From an uncultured Bacilli bacterium (GTDB taxonomy: Bacteria; Bacillota_I; Bacilli_A; RF39; UBA660): 64,000 nt of DNA. The DNA lies in the NCBI GenBank assembly GCA_944350445.1, contig CALVOW010000002.1, forward strand, positions 5,636 to 69,635, written 5' to 3'. Position 1 is the stretch's first letter, and every line of letters begins with the position of its first letter. This document shows positions 52,884 to 61,297 of the stretch, one piece after another. The notes beneath the pieces were generated by a model. It made no database searches. It was not told the origin of the DNA and saw nothing but the letters and a program-made list of their open reading frames with translations. The position numbers and the translations under genes were made by a program.

Positions 52884-53245
52884 AGGATAATGTATTACAA
52901 ATTGGTAGTACTCCTATTAAGTTTTTGCAAAAAAACGGATATGGGTTAAAGGAAGATCAAGATATTGTACTTAGTACTTTAACTATGGCCGATGGTACAG
53001 AACGTAGGAACATTGCCGAAAAGAAAAAAGTTACTATAAGTTTGAAATTTACAAAAATTGATGGAAATACACTTTCAAAATATTTACTCTTAATGGATAA
53101 TGACTTTAAAGCAACATATTATTCAGTTAAGTATAAAACTACAAAAACAGCCACTTTTCGTTTAACAGAAAAACCAACCACCGAAATGATAGGCACATAT
53201 TTAGACATTTTAGAAGAATTTGAAGTCACCTTGGAGAGTGTATAA
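52883..53245 (+). CDS. Small tail protein downstream of TMP; proposed AAG start
   Basis: GAGG (52869-52872), 10 nt, AAG 52883, overlapping the TMP stop (TAAAG). In-frame TAG at 52865. The first canonical codon, TTG 52925, has no SD. Confidence 0.5.
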   Translation, partial: KDNVLQIGSTPIKFLQKNGYGLKEDQDIVLSTLTMADGTERRNIAEKKKVTISLKFTKIDGNTLSKYLLLMDNDFKATYYSVKYKTTKTATFRLTEKPTTEMIGTYLDILEEFEVTLESV

Positions 53246-55758
53246 TGATAGCGGTTAGTGATTCAATAAAAAATGCTTATAATAATGACACTACCCAAAG
53301 AAAACCATATATAATAGTTGGCAATAACACTTATTATATTCAAAATATGGACTTACAGGCAGATTGCTATGACGAAGGGAATATCATAGGTAACGCAATA
53401 GCTAAAATACTTAAATTCGATATTGAAACAGAATATGTAGAAGGATTAGATGAGTTTGAACTTTATGATTCAATTTGGACTGGTAATCAATATGAATCAG
53501 TCTTTTTAGGAACCTTTAAACTCTATGATGAAGAAGGAACAGATGATTATTTTAGTTCTGTTACAGCATATGATCTACTCATTAAATTTAATGCTCAATA
53601 TGATCCTTCACAAATGACTTATCCATCTACTGTTTTTGGATTGCTCCAAAATATCTGTAATCAAGCAGGAGTAACGTTAGAAAATACATCTATAGTCAAC
53701 GGAACTCAACAGCTTGAGACTGAATTATTTGTTGAGGGAGAAACTCTAAAAACTATTCTAAATGCTATATGTCAAGTTTCTGGAACTTTTGGTATGATAA
53801 GTAATGATAAGCTAAGACTAGGTTTAAAAGGCACACAAACAATTTCTCTACAAAAATATCAAATATCAGAACCGGAGTTTAAAAGAACTACGCAAAATAT
53901 TAATCAGGTAGTTTTAGGAATGACTGACATAGAAGGAGAAGAAGTCAAGTATCCACAAGATTCTCAAATAAGCGGTACCATCCACAAACTAACAATTAAT
54001 AATAACCCATTTGTTTATAATCAAACATTACGTGAAGCATATATTCAAAATATTTATAATCAAGTAAATGGTTTTGGATATGAGGCTATGTCGATGAAAT
54101 GGGAAGGATTATCTTATGTAGAATTAGGAGATTTGTTAAGTGTAGATGGACATTCTAGTATGGTATTACGATACAATATCAAAAGCCCAAATGGATTAGA
54201 ATCTACTTTGGAAGCACCGTCAATTATTGATAGTTCTGTTGAGTATTACGAGAACTCTAATTCGATTGAAAATCGTCAAAAAAGGACTGAATATATAGTT
54301 GATAAAGCGAATCAAAGAATTACACAAATTGTCGAAGAAATTGGCGATAGATCAGAAAAATCAACATCAATAACTCAAGATATTGATTCGATTGTGCAAC
54401 AAGTTTCGCAAATTGAAACTCTTACATCTGATCTAACACAAAATAGTTCTTTAACTATTGAAGATGCTTTTGAGGGGGAAATAGTAAAATTTTCAATTTC
54501 TGGGAATATGTCTTTACTTTATCCAAGTGATGATTTATATCCGAGTAATGATTTATACCCGCTAGACTCATATTTAGTTATTCAATATGGAGACGAAACG
54601 CAAGATAAAATACATTTGCCGTTAAATTATTTAAGATATTTAAATGCAGCTGCTTACGATGAATTTATTGTTGAAAATGGACAAGCAAAAATCATAAGAC
54701 GAGTTGGAGAGAACGAAGATGGCTCTTTTTATGCATTAACTACTGAAATTGAAGAAGATAAAGGCGATTTAGTCATCGAACTTAAAGAAGGTTATAACAA
54801 ACTGTGGTTAGAATCTTTCTTTGATTTACCTTTGCAATATAGTGCCAAATATGTAATTAAAAGTGATTATACTGATGTGTTCGCGACAAAAGTTGAAATG
54901 CATTCTGAAATTAGCCAAACTGCAAGTGAAATTAATTTAGAGGTATCAAAAAAAGTTGATGAGAACGAAGTAATCGCAGCAATAAATCTTACAAGTGAAA
55001 CTGCTACAATTGACGCGAGTAAAATTAATTTGAATGGGTATGTAACTGTAAGTGATTTAGCCGGAACTGGAACTACAACTATTAATGGGTCCAATATTAA
55101 AACTGGGACAATAGATGCTAGTTTGGTTAGTGTAGTAAATTTAAATGCAAGCAATATAAGCAGCGGAACTTTATCAGCTGACAAAATTAATGGTGGAACT
55201 ATAAGTGCTAGTTCAATCAATTTAGGAAATAACAAATTTGCTGTTGACACAAACGGTAATTTAACAGCGACGAGTGGTAACATCGGTGGATGGACAATAG
55301 CAAGCAATTTATTAAAATGCGAAGTAGACAATTATGAAGTAACTATCATGCCAGGAACTAATTCAAACAAAGACTTTTTGATAGTTCATAATACATCAGA
55401 TAATACTTATCCATTTTATGTTAGAACAAATGGTTATTTAAGTGCTACAAATGCTAACATTCAAGGAACTATTTCAAGTTCTTCAATAAATGGCTCGACA
55501 ATTTCGGGTGGCAGTATAAGTATTAGCAGAGGTAATTATTATTTTAATATGGGATTATCAACAAATAATCCTAATTGTAGTGGTTTAAACGTTGGAACAG
55601 AAGGAATCAAAGCACAATCAGGAGTTGCAGCAACTGGATTTTCGATTTACGAAAGCGATACTGGTAAAGATTATAATCTTCAAATTAGAGATTATCATGG
55701 TAATGTTCATCATTTAACCTTTAGAGGCGGGATAATAACTAAATGGGAATATACTTAG
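53245..55758 (+). CDS. Tail-associated/baseplate protein (Tal-like, prophage tail endopeptidase-type N-domain)
   Basis: 837 aa, directly after the TMP and small tail protein. The C-terminal third has G/S/T/N-rich short repeats (..GTIDASLVSVVNLNASNISSGTLSADKINGGTISASSINLG..). Confidence 0.6.
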   Translation: MIAVSDSIKNAYNNDTTQRKPYIIVGNNTYYIQNMDLQADCYDEGNIIGNAIAKILKFDIETEYVEGLDEFELYDSIWTGNQYESVFLGTFKLYDEEGTDDYFSSVTAYDLLIKFNAQYDPSQMTYPSTVFGLLQNICNQAGVTLENTSIVNGTQQLETELFVEGETLKTILNAICQVSGTFGMISNDKLRLGLKGTQTISLQKYQISEPEFKRTTQNINQVVLGMTDIEGEEVKYPQDSQISGTIHKLTINNNPFVYNQTLREAYIQNIYNQVNGFGYEAMSMKWEGLSYVELGDLLSVDGHSSMVLRYNIKSPNGLESTLEAPSIIDSSVEYYENSNSIENRQKRTEYIVDKANQRITQIVEEIGDRSEKSTSITQDIDSIVQQVSQIETLTSDLTQNSSLTIEDAFEGEIVKFSISGNMSLLYPSDDLYPSNDLYPLDSYLVIQYGDETQDKIHLPLNYLRYLNAAAYDEFIVENGQAKIIRRVGENEDGSFYALTTEIEEDKGDLVIELKEGYNKLWLESFFDLPLQYSAKYVIKSDYTDVFATKVEMHSEISQTASEINLEVSKKVDENEVIAAINLTSETATIDASKINLNGYVTVSDLAGTGTTTINGSNIKTGTIDASLVSVVNLNASNISSGTLSADKINGGTISASSINLGNNKFAVDTNGNLTATSGNIGGWTIASNLLKCEVDNYEVTIMPGTNSNKDFLIVHNTSDNTYPFYVRTNGYLSATNANIQGTISSSSINGSTISGGSISISRGNYYFNMGLSTNNPNCSGLNVGTEGIKAQSGVAATGFSIYESDTGKDYNLQIRDYHGNVHHLTFRGGIITKWEYT

Positions 55759-55767
55759 GAGGAATTT

Positions 55768-55980
55768 ATGTCAAATATGTCAAAAGATTTAAAAATAGAA
55801 ATTGCAAAAGAAAAAATTGTAGATGCAATAAATCAAATAAATGCAGAATATGAATTACCATTACTAATTTTAGAATTAATTTTAAATAGCATAAGTAATG
55901 AAGTTCGAAATATGAGAGTTGCAAATTTAAAAAACGAAAGAGAAACACTTAATAAAAGCGAAACGGAGGTTTTAGAATGA
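55768..55980 (+). CDS. Hypothetical tail-module protein
   Basis: 70-aa ORF with SD AGGAGG. Confidence 0.5.
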   Translation: MSNMSKDLKIEIAKEKIVDAINQINAEYELPLLILELILNSISNEVRNMRVANLKNERETLNKSETEVLE

Positions 55981-56807
55981 GTTTAATAAATTTTAAAAAC
56001 AAACCCGATACAAGTACTGCAATAAACGCAGATAATTTAAATAATAATTTTAGCGAAGTGAATTTATTCAAAAATATATTTAATCCTTATGGTATAAGCA
56101 ATAGTCCTTACGCGAGTTATGATATTACCACTCATAAAACAACACTTGCAGCTAATAGCGTAGGAACATCATTTTATACTTATGATAAATTCACTTTAAA
56201 AAAAGATAAAACTTATACATTGACTATTATTTTGGACGCTTTATCTGAAACGGCTACTAGTACTTTATTATTTAGTTTTGATGTAGATAATTCAACAGTT
56301 ATATCTAATTTTTTCGATGTTACAACTGGTGATTTGATAAAAACTTTTTCATTCACACCTAGCAGCGACATTACTCCAAACAGAATTGGAGTTTATTGTG
56401 TCAATGCAGGAATAAGCTTTTTGGTGCAAATTGAGGAAAATTCTGAATCGACGCCTTATAAGCCTTCTGCTGCTTATATTGTCGAAAGTGGAAGTAATAA
56501 CAATGGATCTTGGATAAAATATAGCGATGGTACTATGATCTGCTTTGGTTCATTTACGGTATCGGCCGCAATAAATACCGAGTGGGGTTCTTTATATTCG
56601 GCTAATATATCAAATCCCGCAATTTTTCCAATTACTTTTGAATCGGTAAAATCTTGTGTTATCACTATTGGCGGCGATTCATCGTGTATTTTAAGTAGGG
56701 TGAATTATTCTACCACCGGAATAACATTTTTGATAATAGCACGACCAAGTTCCACGAATTCAGGAACTTACACATTTAATTATCAAGCTTGCGGCCGTTG
56801 GAAATAA
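55977..56807 (+). CDS. Tail fiber / receptor-binding-like protein 1
   Basis: The N-terminus MSLINFKNKPDTSTAINADNLNNNFSEV is shared with the gene at 57263. 276 aa, S/T/N-rich. Confidence 0.55.
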   Translation: MSLINFKNKPDTSTAINADNLNNNFSEVNLFKNIFNPYGISNSPYASYDITTHKTTLAANSVGTSFYTYDKFTLKKDKTYTLTIILDALSETATSTLLFSFDVDNSTVISNFFDVTTGDLIKTFSFTPSSDITPNRIGVYCVNAGISFLVQIEENSESTPYKPSAAYIVESGSNNNGSWIKYSDGTMICFGSFTVSAAINTEWGSLYSANISNPAIFPITFESVKSCVITIGGDSSCILSRVNYSTTGITFLIIARPSSTNSGTYTFNYQACGRWK

Positions 56808-56817
56808 AGGAGAAATA

Positions 56818-57093
56818 ATGAAAAAATTAATTGAAAATATAAAATTATATAAATTTGTAATAGGACTTGTTGCGAGTGCTGTTATTTTTTTATGGGGAGT
56901 ATTTAGTATTTACTACAACTTTAACGAAAATTTGAAGGTTATTCAAAAATCAACGTTAAGAAACACGATTTGGAACGAAAATATTCCGTTGCATGATAGG
57001 TTAGAATCGTGCGACTCTTATTTAGAGTTAGGGTATAATAGTGAGACTAAAAAGTATTGTGAATTTTTGTTAGAGAAGGAGGAATTTAAATGA
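56818..57093 (+). CDS. Small membrane protein
   Basis: 91 aa, one TM helix (FVIGLVASAVIFLWGVFSIYY). SD AAGGAG. Confidence 0.5.
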   Translation: MKKLIENIKLYKFVIGLVASAVIFLWGVFSIYYNFNENLKVIQKSTLRNTIWNENIPLHDRLESCDSYLELGYNSETKKYCEFLLEKEEFK

Positions 57094-57142
57094 AAAAATT
57101 AAAAAAAATTATTGACACAATAATGGCTAATAATTTATCCTT

Positions 57143-57179
<37 letters not shown>

Positions 57180-57262
57180 ATTGTATAATAACTTCTTTTA
57201 AAAAGGGGGTGAAGGCTTAAACTTTGCTCTCTTTTTAAATTGGAGTAAAGATAGCCGAATTT

Positions 57263-57727
57263 ATGGCTTTATTAGAATTTAAAAACTATCCAGATACATC
57301 AACACCAATAAACGCAGAAAATTTAAATAATAATTTTAAAGAAGTAATCAAAATATGCCAAGGAGATGTATTGTTTGATGGAGAGACTGATTCAAATGGT
57401 TATATAAAAAACGCTACTTCTAGAACTATCGAAGGATTGAGCAACTACGAATATCTAGCAATTTTATTTCAAAGAGGTGCTGATTATGGTGGTGTTATGC
57501 AAACAACTCAATATGCTTGTAAGCATACATCGGCGATGATATTTTATACATCGACCACATCTTGGTATAGACATACAGCAAATTTTTATTGGAATGGTGA
57601 TATTTTCGAATTTAGAAATATTTATGTCGAAAGCTCTAATGGCAATAATTATTTAACAACAGATTCTTATGATAATGAAATAGTTAAGCTTATTATTGGT
57701 ATAAATCGAAAAACATTCGATTCTTAA
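57263..57727 (+). CDS. Tail fiber / receptor-binding-like protein 2 (short paralog)
   Basis: MALLEFKNYPDTSTPINAENLNNNFKEV is 20/28 identical to the N-terminus of the 55977 gene. The remainder is unrelated. Confidence 0.55.
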   Translation: MALLEFKNYPDTSTPINAENLNNNFKEVIKICQGDVLFDGETDSNGYIKNATSRTIEGLSNYEYLAILFQRGADYGGVMQTTQYACKHTSAMIFYTSTTSWYRHTANFYWNGDIFEFRNIYVESSNGNNYLTTDSYDNEIVKLIIGINRKTFDS

Positions 57728-57746
57728 AAAATGAAAGGAGATTTTT

Positions 57747-58049
57747 ATGGAAGATTTTTTAACTTGGAGTTCTTTAACAACATATGCTAGTTTTGTGTCA
57801 ATCGTATTTATGATTGTTGAATTTACAAAAGAATTAGAATTTATAAAAAAAATTCCGACGAAGTATTGGAGTTTTTTTATATCAACAATTTTGTTGATTA
57901 TTACAAATATAGTTACTGGAACATTTGAATTTAAAGATATCGTGTTATATATTTTAACATCAATTTCAATCAGTTTAGGTTCAAACGGATTAAGTAATTT
58001 TAATAAGAATAAAGCAAATATTAACGAGGAGGTAAAGAGTAATGAGTAA
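57747..58049 (+). CDS. Holin (putative)
   Basis: 100 aa with about three hydrophobic helices and a charged C-terminus. Overlaps the endolysin start. Confidence 0.6.
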   Translation: MEDFLTWSSLTTYASFVSIVFMIVEFTKELEFIKKIPTKYWSFFISTILLIITNIVTGTFEFKDIVLYILTSISISLGSNGLSNFNKNKANINEEVKSNE

Positions 58050-58839
58050 GAATGGTAAATTAATATTTAAAAATTTTGATCCGTATATAACAAGTCCTTT
58101 TGGATATAGAATACATCCAATGTCAGGCAAAAATCAATTTCATCAAGGAGTAGATTACGGAACTAATGATAAAAAATTAGCCCAATATGCTATTGAAGAT
58201 GGAGAGATTACTGGTTGTGGAACTGATTCAACCGGAGCTAAATATGTATACGTTAAGTATCCAAGGCTTGGGAAAACAGGTTTACATTATCATTTAGATA
58301 GTATTTCCGTTAAAAATGGTCAAAAGGTAAATGCCAATACCATAATTGGTTATACCGGAGCAACTGGGCAAGCAACTGGAATACATCTACATTTTGGGTG
58401 GTTTCCAACGGAGAATCGCAATAAAGCATGGGATGATAAAGGTTGGGAAGATTTCGAAAAATACGAATATAAAGCAGCTGAAACAACAACGACAAACGAA
58501 TTAAAATATAAAATAGGGGATACTGTAGAGATTGATTGTGTATATATTTCAAGCGATAGCACAAATAAAATAGTTCCGGCAATTACAAAAGGAAAAATCA
58601 CAAGAATTATTGAAGGAGCAAGAAATCCTTATCTATTAGACGATGGCAATATCGGTTGGATTAATGATGATTGCGTAGTAAGTGAAACTGTAACTACGTA
58701 TATTGTTAAATCCGGTGATACTTTAAGTGGAATTGCTGAAAAATACGGTACCACTTGGCAAAAGATTTATGAAAAGAATAAAAGCGTAATTGGTAATGAT
58801 CCTGATTTAATTATTCCAGGGCAAGTTTTAAAATTTTAA
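58042..58839 (+). CDS. Endolysin: M23 peptidase domain plus C-terminal LysM
   Basis: HQGVDYG and GIHLHFG are M23 zinc ligands. The C-terminal YIVKSGDTLSGIAEKYGTTWQKIYEKN...PGQVLKF is LysM. Confidence 0.85.
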   Translation: MSKNGKLIFKNFDPYITSPFGYRIHPMSGKNQFHQGVDYGTNDKKLAQYAIEDGEITGCGTDSTGAKYVYVKYPRLGKTGLHYHLDSISVKNGQKVNANTIIGYTGATGQATGIHLHFGWFPTENRNKAWDDKGWEDFEKYEYKAAETTTTNELKYKIGDTVEIDCVYISSDSTNKIVPAITKGKITRIIEGARNPYLLDDGNIGWINDDCVVSETVTTYIVKSGDTLSGIAEKYGTTWQKIYEKNKSVIGNDPDLIIPGQVLKF

Positions 58840-58877
58840 AAAGGTAGATATGTTTTTACACATACCTACCTCTTTTT

Positions 58878-59306
58878 TTATAGAATTTTATTTTGTGCCT
58901 CAAATACTTCAAACGCATATTTGAAGGTTGTCTCCAAATAACGCTCATCTTTTTCTAATTCTTTGTCCGGATTAAATGAATCTTCTTCGGTTATAAAATC
59001 GTAATTTGTAAAAAATATATAATCTTCAATAACTTTATAAACCAAAACACAAGGATGATCTTCACCAAATTCTGCAATATCTTGTTTTAATTCTTCAATT
59101 AAATCTTCGCTTTCATATGATATTTTAATGTCTGTTTCTTCACTAAAAAAGTTTTCTATTTTTTCCCAAGTTTCGGCGGAGCCAAGCCTTTTGCCTTGTT
59201 CTATTTGTTCAATTGTAAAAGGCGATAAACCAATTTTATCAGCTAATTCTCTTTGAGTTAACTTGCTTTCATTTCTTTTTTCTTTTAACCAATTTCTTGT
59301 TCGCAT
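58878..59306 (-). CDS. HTH (XRE-like) protein with acidic C-terminal domain
   Basis: LTQRELADKIGLSPFTIEQIEQGKR. 142 aa. Lies in the accessory arm on the minus strand. Confidence 0.65.
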   Translation of the reverse strand: MRTRNWLKEKRNESKLTQRELADKIGLSPFTIEQIEQGKRLGSAETWEKIENFFSEETDIKISYESEDLIEELKQDIAEFGEDHPCVLVYKVIEDYIFFTNYDFITEEDSFNPDKELEKDERYLETTFKYAFEVFEAQNKIL

Positions 59307-59320
59307 TTTTTATTCTCCTT

Positions 59321-59572
59321 TTATTTCACTAAATTTTGTCTTTTTAAATATCCATGAATATCATTAATTGATTTATCAAGATATTTTATATCATAGATAA
59401 ATACACGACCTTTTCTAGCTCCAAAACTAACTTTATGTTTAGCATCAATTTCGTAATATTTGTAAGCCTCAATACCTAAATTATTTAAATATTTATAACA
59501 ACTCGCACTTGAATAACCATTCATATTTTTTTTGAAAACTTGCACCATTTTTTGTTTTATATCCATATTCAT
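59321..59572 (-). CDS. Hypothetical 83-aa protein
   Basis: ATG 59572 after AAGGAG plus 8 nt. The 5' extension in the ORF track was dropped. Confidence 0.5.
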   Translation of the reverse strand: MNMDIKQKMVQVFKKNMNGYSSASCYKYLNNLGIEAYKYYEIDAKHKVSFGARKGRVFIYDIKYLDKSINDIHGYLKRQNLVK

Positions 59573-59588
59573 TTTAATCACTCCTTTT

Positions 59589-59879
59589 TTAATCAATTCC
59601 CATTGAAGACATATAATCTTGCGTATAACTGCCACCAAAACTTGGTAAGCATACTTTTTTAAATAGATTTTCTTTATGTTTATTATCGTTTAAATTGATA
59701 ATTCCTAGCGTTTCATATTCATAAACACCTTTAAATTTTGCTAATCTTCTCATTTTAGCATTAGTTTTAACTATCTTTGTAAATTCAAATGTAGTAGGCT
59801 CTTCAATATCGTAATTGTTGTGTATATATTCTACCATTTCTTCATATGTTTTTTTAAATTCTAATTTAATTATTTTCAT
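59589..59879 (-). CDS. Hypothetical 96-aa protein
   Basis: First gene of the minus-strand three-gene unit. SD AGGAAG. Confidence 0.5.
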   Translation of the reverse strand: MKIIKLEFKKTYEEMVEYIHNNYDIEEPTTFEFTKIVKTNAKMRRLAKFKGVYEYETLGIINLNDNKHKENLFKKVCLPSFGGSYTQDYMSSMGID

Positions 59880-60076
59880 TTTTCACATCTTCCTTTCAAA
59901 TTACAAACATAGTATAACATAAGTCAGTCGGTCAGTCAATACTTTTTTTGAAAAAAAATAAAAAATATTTACAAAAAGATTAATTTATGTTATTTTATAT
60001 TTGCGGTTGACATACCAAATTTTGACCGCATAATATGTTATAGAGGGATTAAATATTATTTAATTCCTCATTTTTT

Positions 60077-60104
60077 TCGACAAAATTCGACAAATATCGA
60101 CAAA
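60077..60104 (+). promoter_or_regulatory. Three TCGACAAA direct repeats at exact 10-bp spacing upstream of a TATAAT
   Basis: TCGACAAA at 60077, 60087 and 60097. TATAAT at 60114-60119. Confidence 0.5.
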
Positions 60105-60143
60105 AGAAAGTAGTATAATATCTCAAATAAAAGGGGGGATATT

Positions 60144-60587
60144 ATGAAGTTGAATGAAGAAGAATTAAAAAGATTTACTGAAATATTCGAAATTAAAGCT
60201 AGATCAGTAATTCTAATTAAAAAGCAAAATGTGGTTACTATAATAATTAATTCAGTTATTATATTCAATGTAAAAAAAGAACTTGTAAAAGAGTTCTTTT
60301 TATGTTGGGAGGTAATTTTTATGTCTGATAAAAAATATAAAATTATAGTTAAAGATTTTTTAGATAAACAACATTTACATAATCCAGCAGATGCCGAAAC
60401 AATTGTAAATGATATTTTAGAAAATAATAAAGAAAATAAAAACGTTGAAATAGATTTTCGAGGTGTAAAAACTGCAAATAGTGCTTTTTGTAATATTATA
60501 TATGAGGGTTTGAAAGGAAAATACAATATAGTACTTAATAATTGTAACCGATTAATTATAGAGACCTTTAAAAGGGTAGTTGGATAA
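60144..60587 (+). CDS. STAS-like (DUF4325-like) protein; start may be ATG 60321
   Basis: The C-terminal 88 aa (MSDKKYKIIVKDF...VEIDFRGVKTANSAFCNIIYEGL) resemble the DUF4325 STAS-like fold. Both ATG 60144 (AGGGGGG SD) and ATG 60321 (GGGAGG SD) are plausible starts. Confidence 0.45.
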   Translation: MKLNEEELKRFTEIFEIKARSVILIKKQNVVTIIINSVIIFNVKKELVKEFFLCWEVIFMSDKKYKIIVKDFLDKQHLHNPADAETIVNDILENNKENKNVEIDFRGVKTANSAFCNIIYEGLKGKYNIVLNNCNRLIIETFKRVVG

Positions 60588-60623
60588 AATTTGCTTATCA
60601 GAAATAAAAAAAGAATTAAATAT

Positions 60624-61067
60624 TCAATCTAAATAATTCCTTCCAAAAATTTCAACGAAATCCAGTCTTGGATAAACCTCGTTGAATTTTTTTTGAGCCA
60701 AAATAAAGTACTTTTTACGAAATTTTAAGTCGTTATGCATAATTTCATGATGTAATCTACAAAGTGGCAAAATAAGTTCATATTTTATCGAATTAAGCCT
60801 ATTTCTACCAAAAAAAACCTCATGCAAATCATTTTTAGGCTTGCCACAAATAAAGCAATGTTCTAAATCGTTTGTTAAGATACTAAATCTCTTTCTTTCA
60901 AGCTTAGCCAACTTAGATGTCTTATTTTTTAAATTGGTAAAATTCGATTTAATTAAATATTCTTTAAATTTACAATTACTACATTCTAATATTTTTATTT
61001 CTTTTTTTAATTTATTACAGTAGATTTTTTTATTTAATTTTTGTTTTAAATATTTGCAATAACTCAT
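60624..61067 (-). CDS. NinG/DUF968-like Cys/His-rich protein
   Basis: CSNC...LERKRFSILT.DL.HCFICG....LHEVF.G..R..S......LPLCRLHH. 147 aa. Last gene before attR. Confidence 0.45.
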   Translation of the reverse strand: MSYCKYLKQKLNKKIYCNKLKKEIKILECSNCKFKEYLIKSNFTNLKNKTSKLAKLERKRFSILTNDLEHCFICGKPKNDLHEVFFGRNRLNSIKYELILPLCRLHHEIMHNDLKFRKKYFILAQKKFNEVYPRLDFVEIFGRNYLD

Positions 61068-61085
61068 TTAATACCTCCAAAAATT

Positions 61086-61105
61086 TAGGTACTAAATAGG
61101 TACTA
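61086..61105 (+). promoter_or_regulatory. Two TAGGTACTA direct repeats (candidate arm-type sites, attR side)
   Basis: TAGGTACTA at 61086-61094 and 61097-61105, 11-bp period. Confidence 0.5.
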
Positions 61106-61199
61106 AAAAAATAAAATTCTCTATTTTTGATAGTTTTTTAATATATAAAAGTGGTTATAAAATAAGTTTTTTGTATTTTATTGAAATTTAATAAGTGTT

Positions 61200-61216
61200 T
61201 CCCTCCTGCTCCGCCA
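61200..61216 (+). repeat. attR core (17 bp)
   Basis: TCCCTCCTGCTCCGCCA, identical to the tRNA-Ser 3' end at 24313-24329. Confidence 0.85.
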
Positions 61217-61297
61217 TTTTGTTTTTAAACTATTAGAAATAATAGTTTTATTTTTTTGGAATTTATTGTATAATAACATGGAAAAGGAGAAGTTTAT

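Noticed and set aside
42581-52885. TTTAAA(A/G) heptamers at the portal, capsid, tube and small-tail-protein starts as -1 programmed frameshift sites that fuse them to upstream genes.
   Set aside because: The heptamers are not in X XXY YYZ register with any upstream coding frame. In the portal and capsid cases the upstream sequence in that frame is only a 2-codon GTG-ATT-TAA. A TMP-tail protein fusion would need Val-tRNA to re-pair GUU->GGU. No upstream ORF would be extended in a meaningful way.
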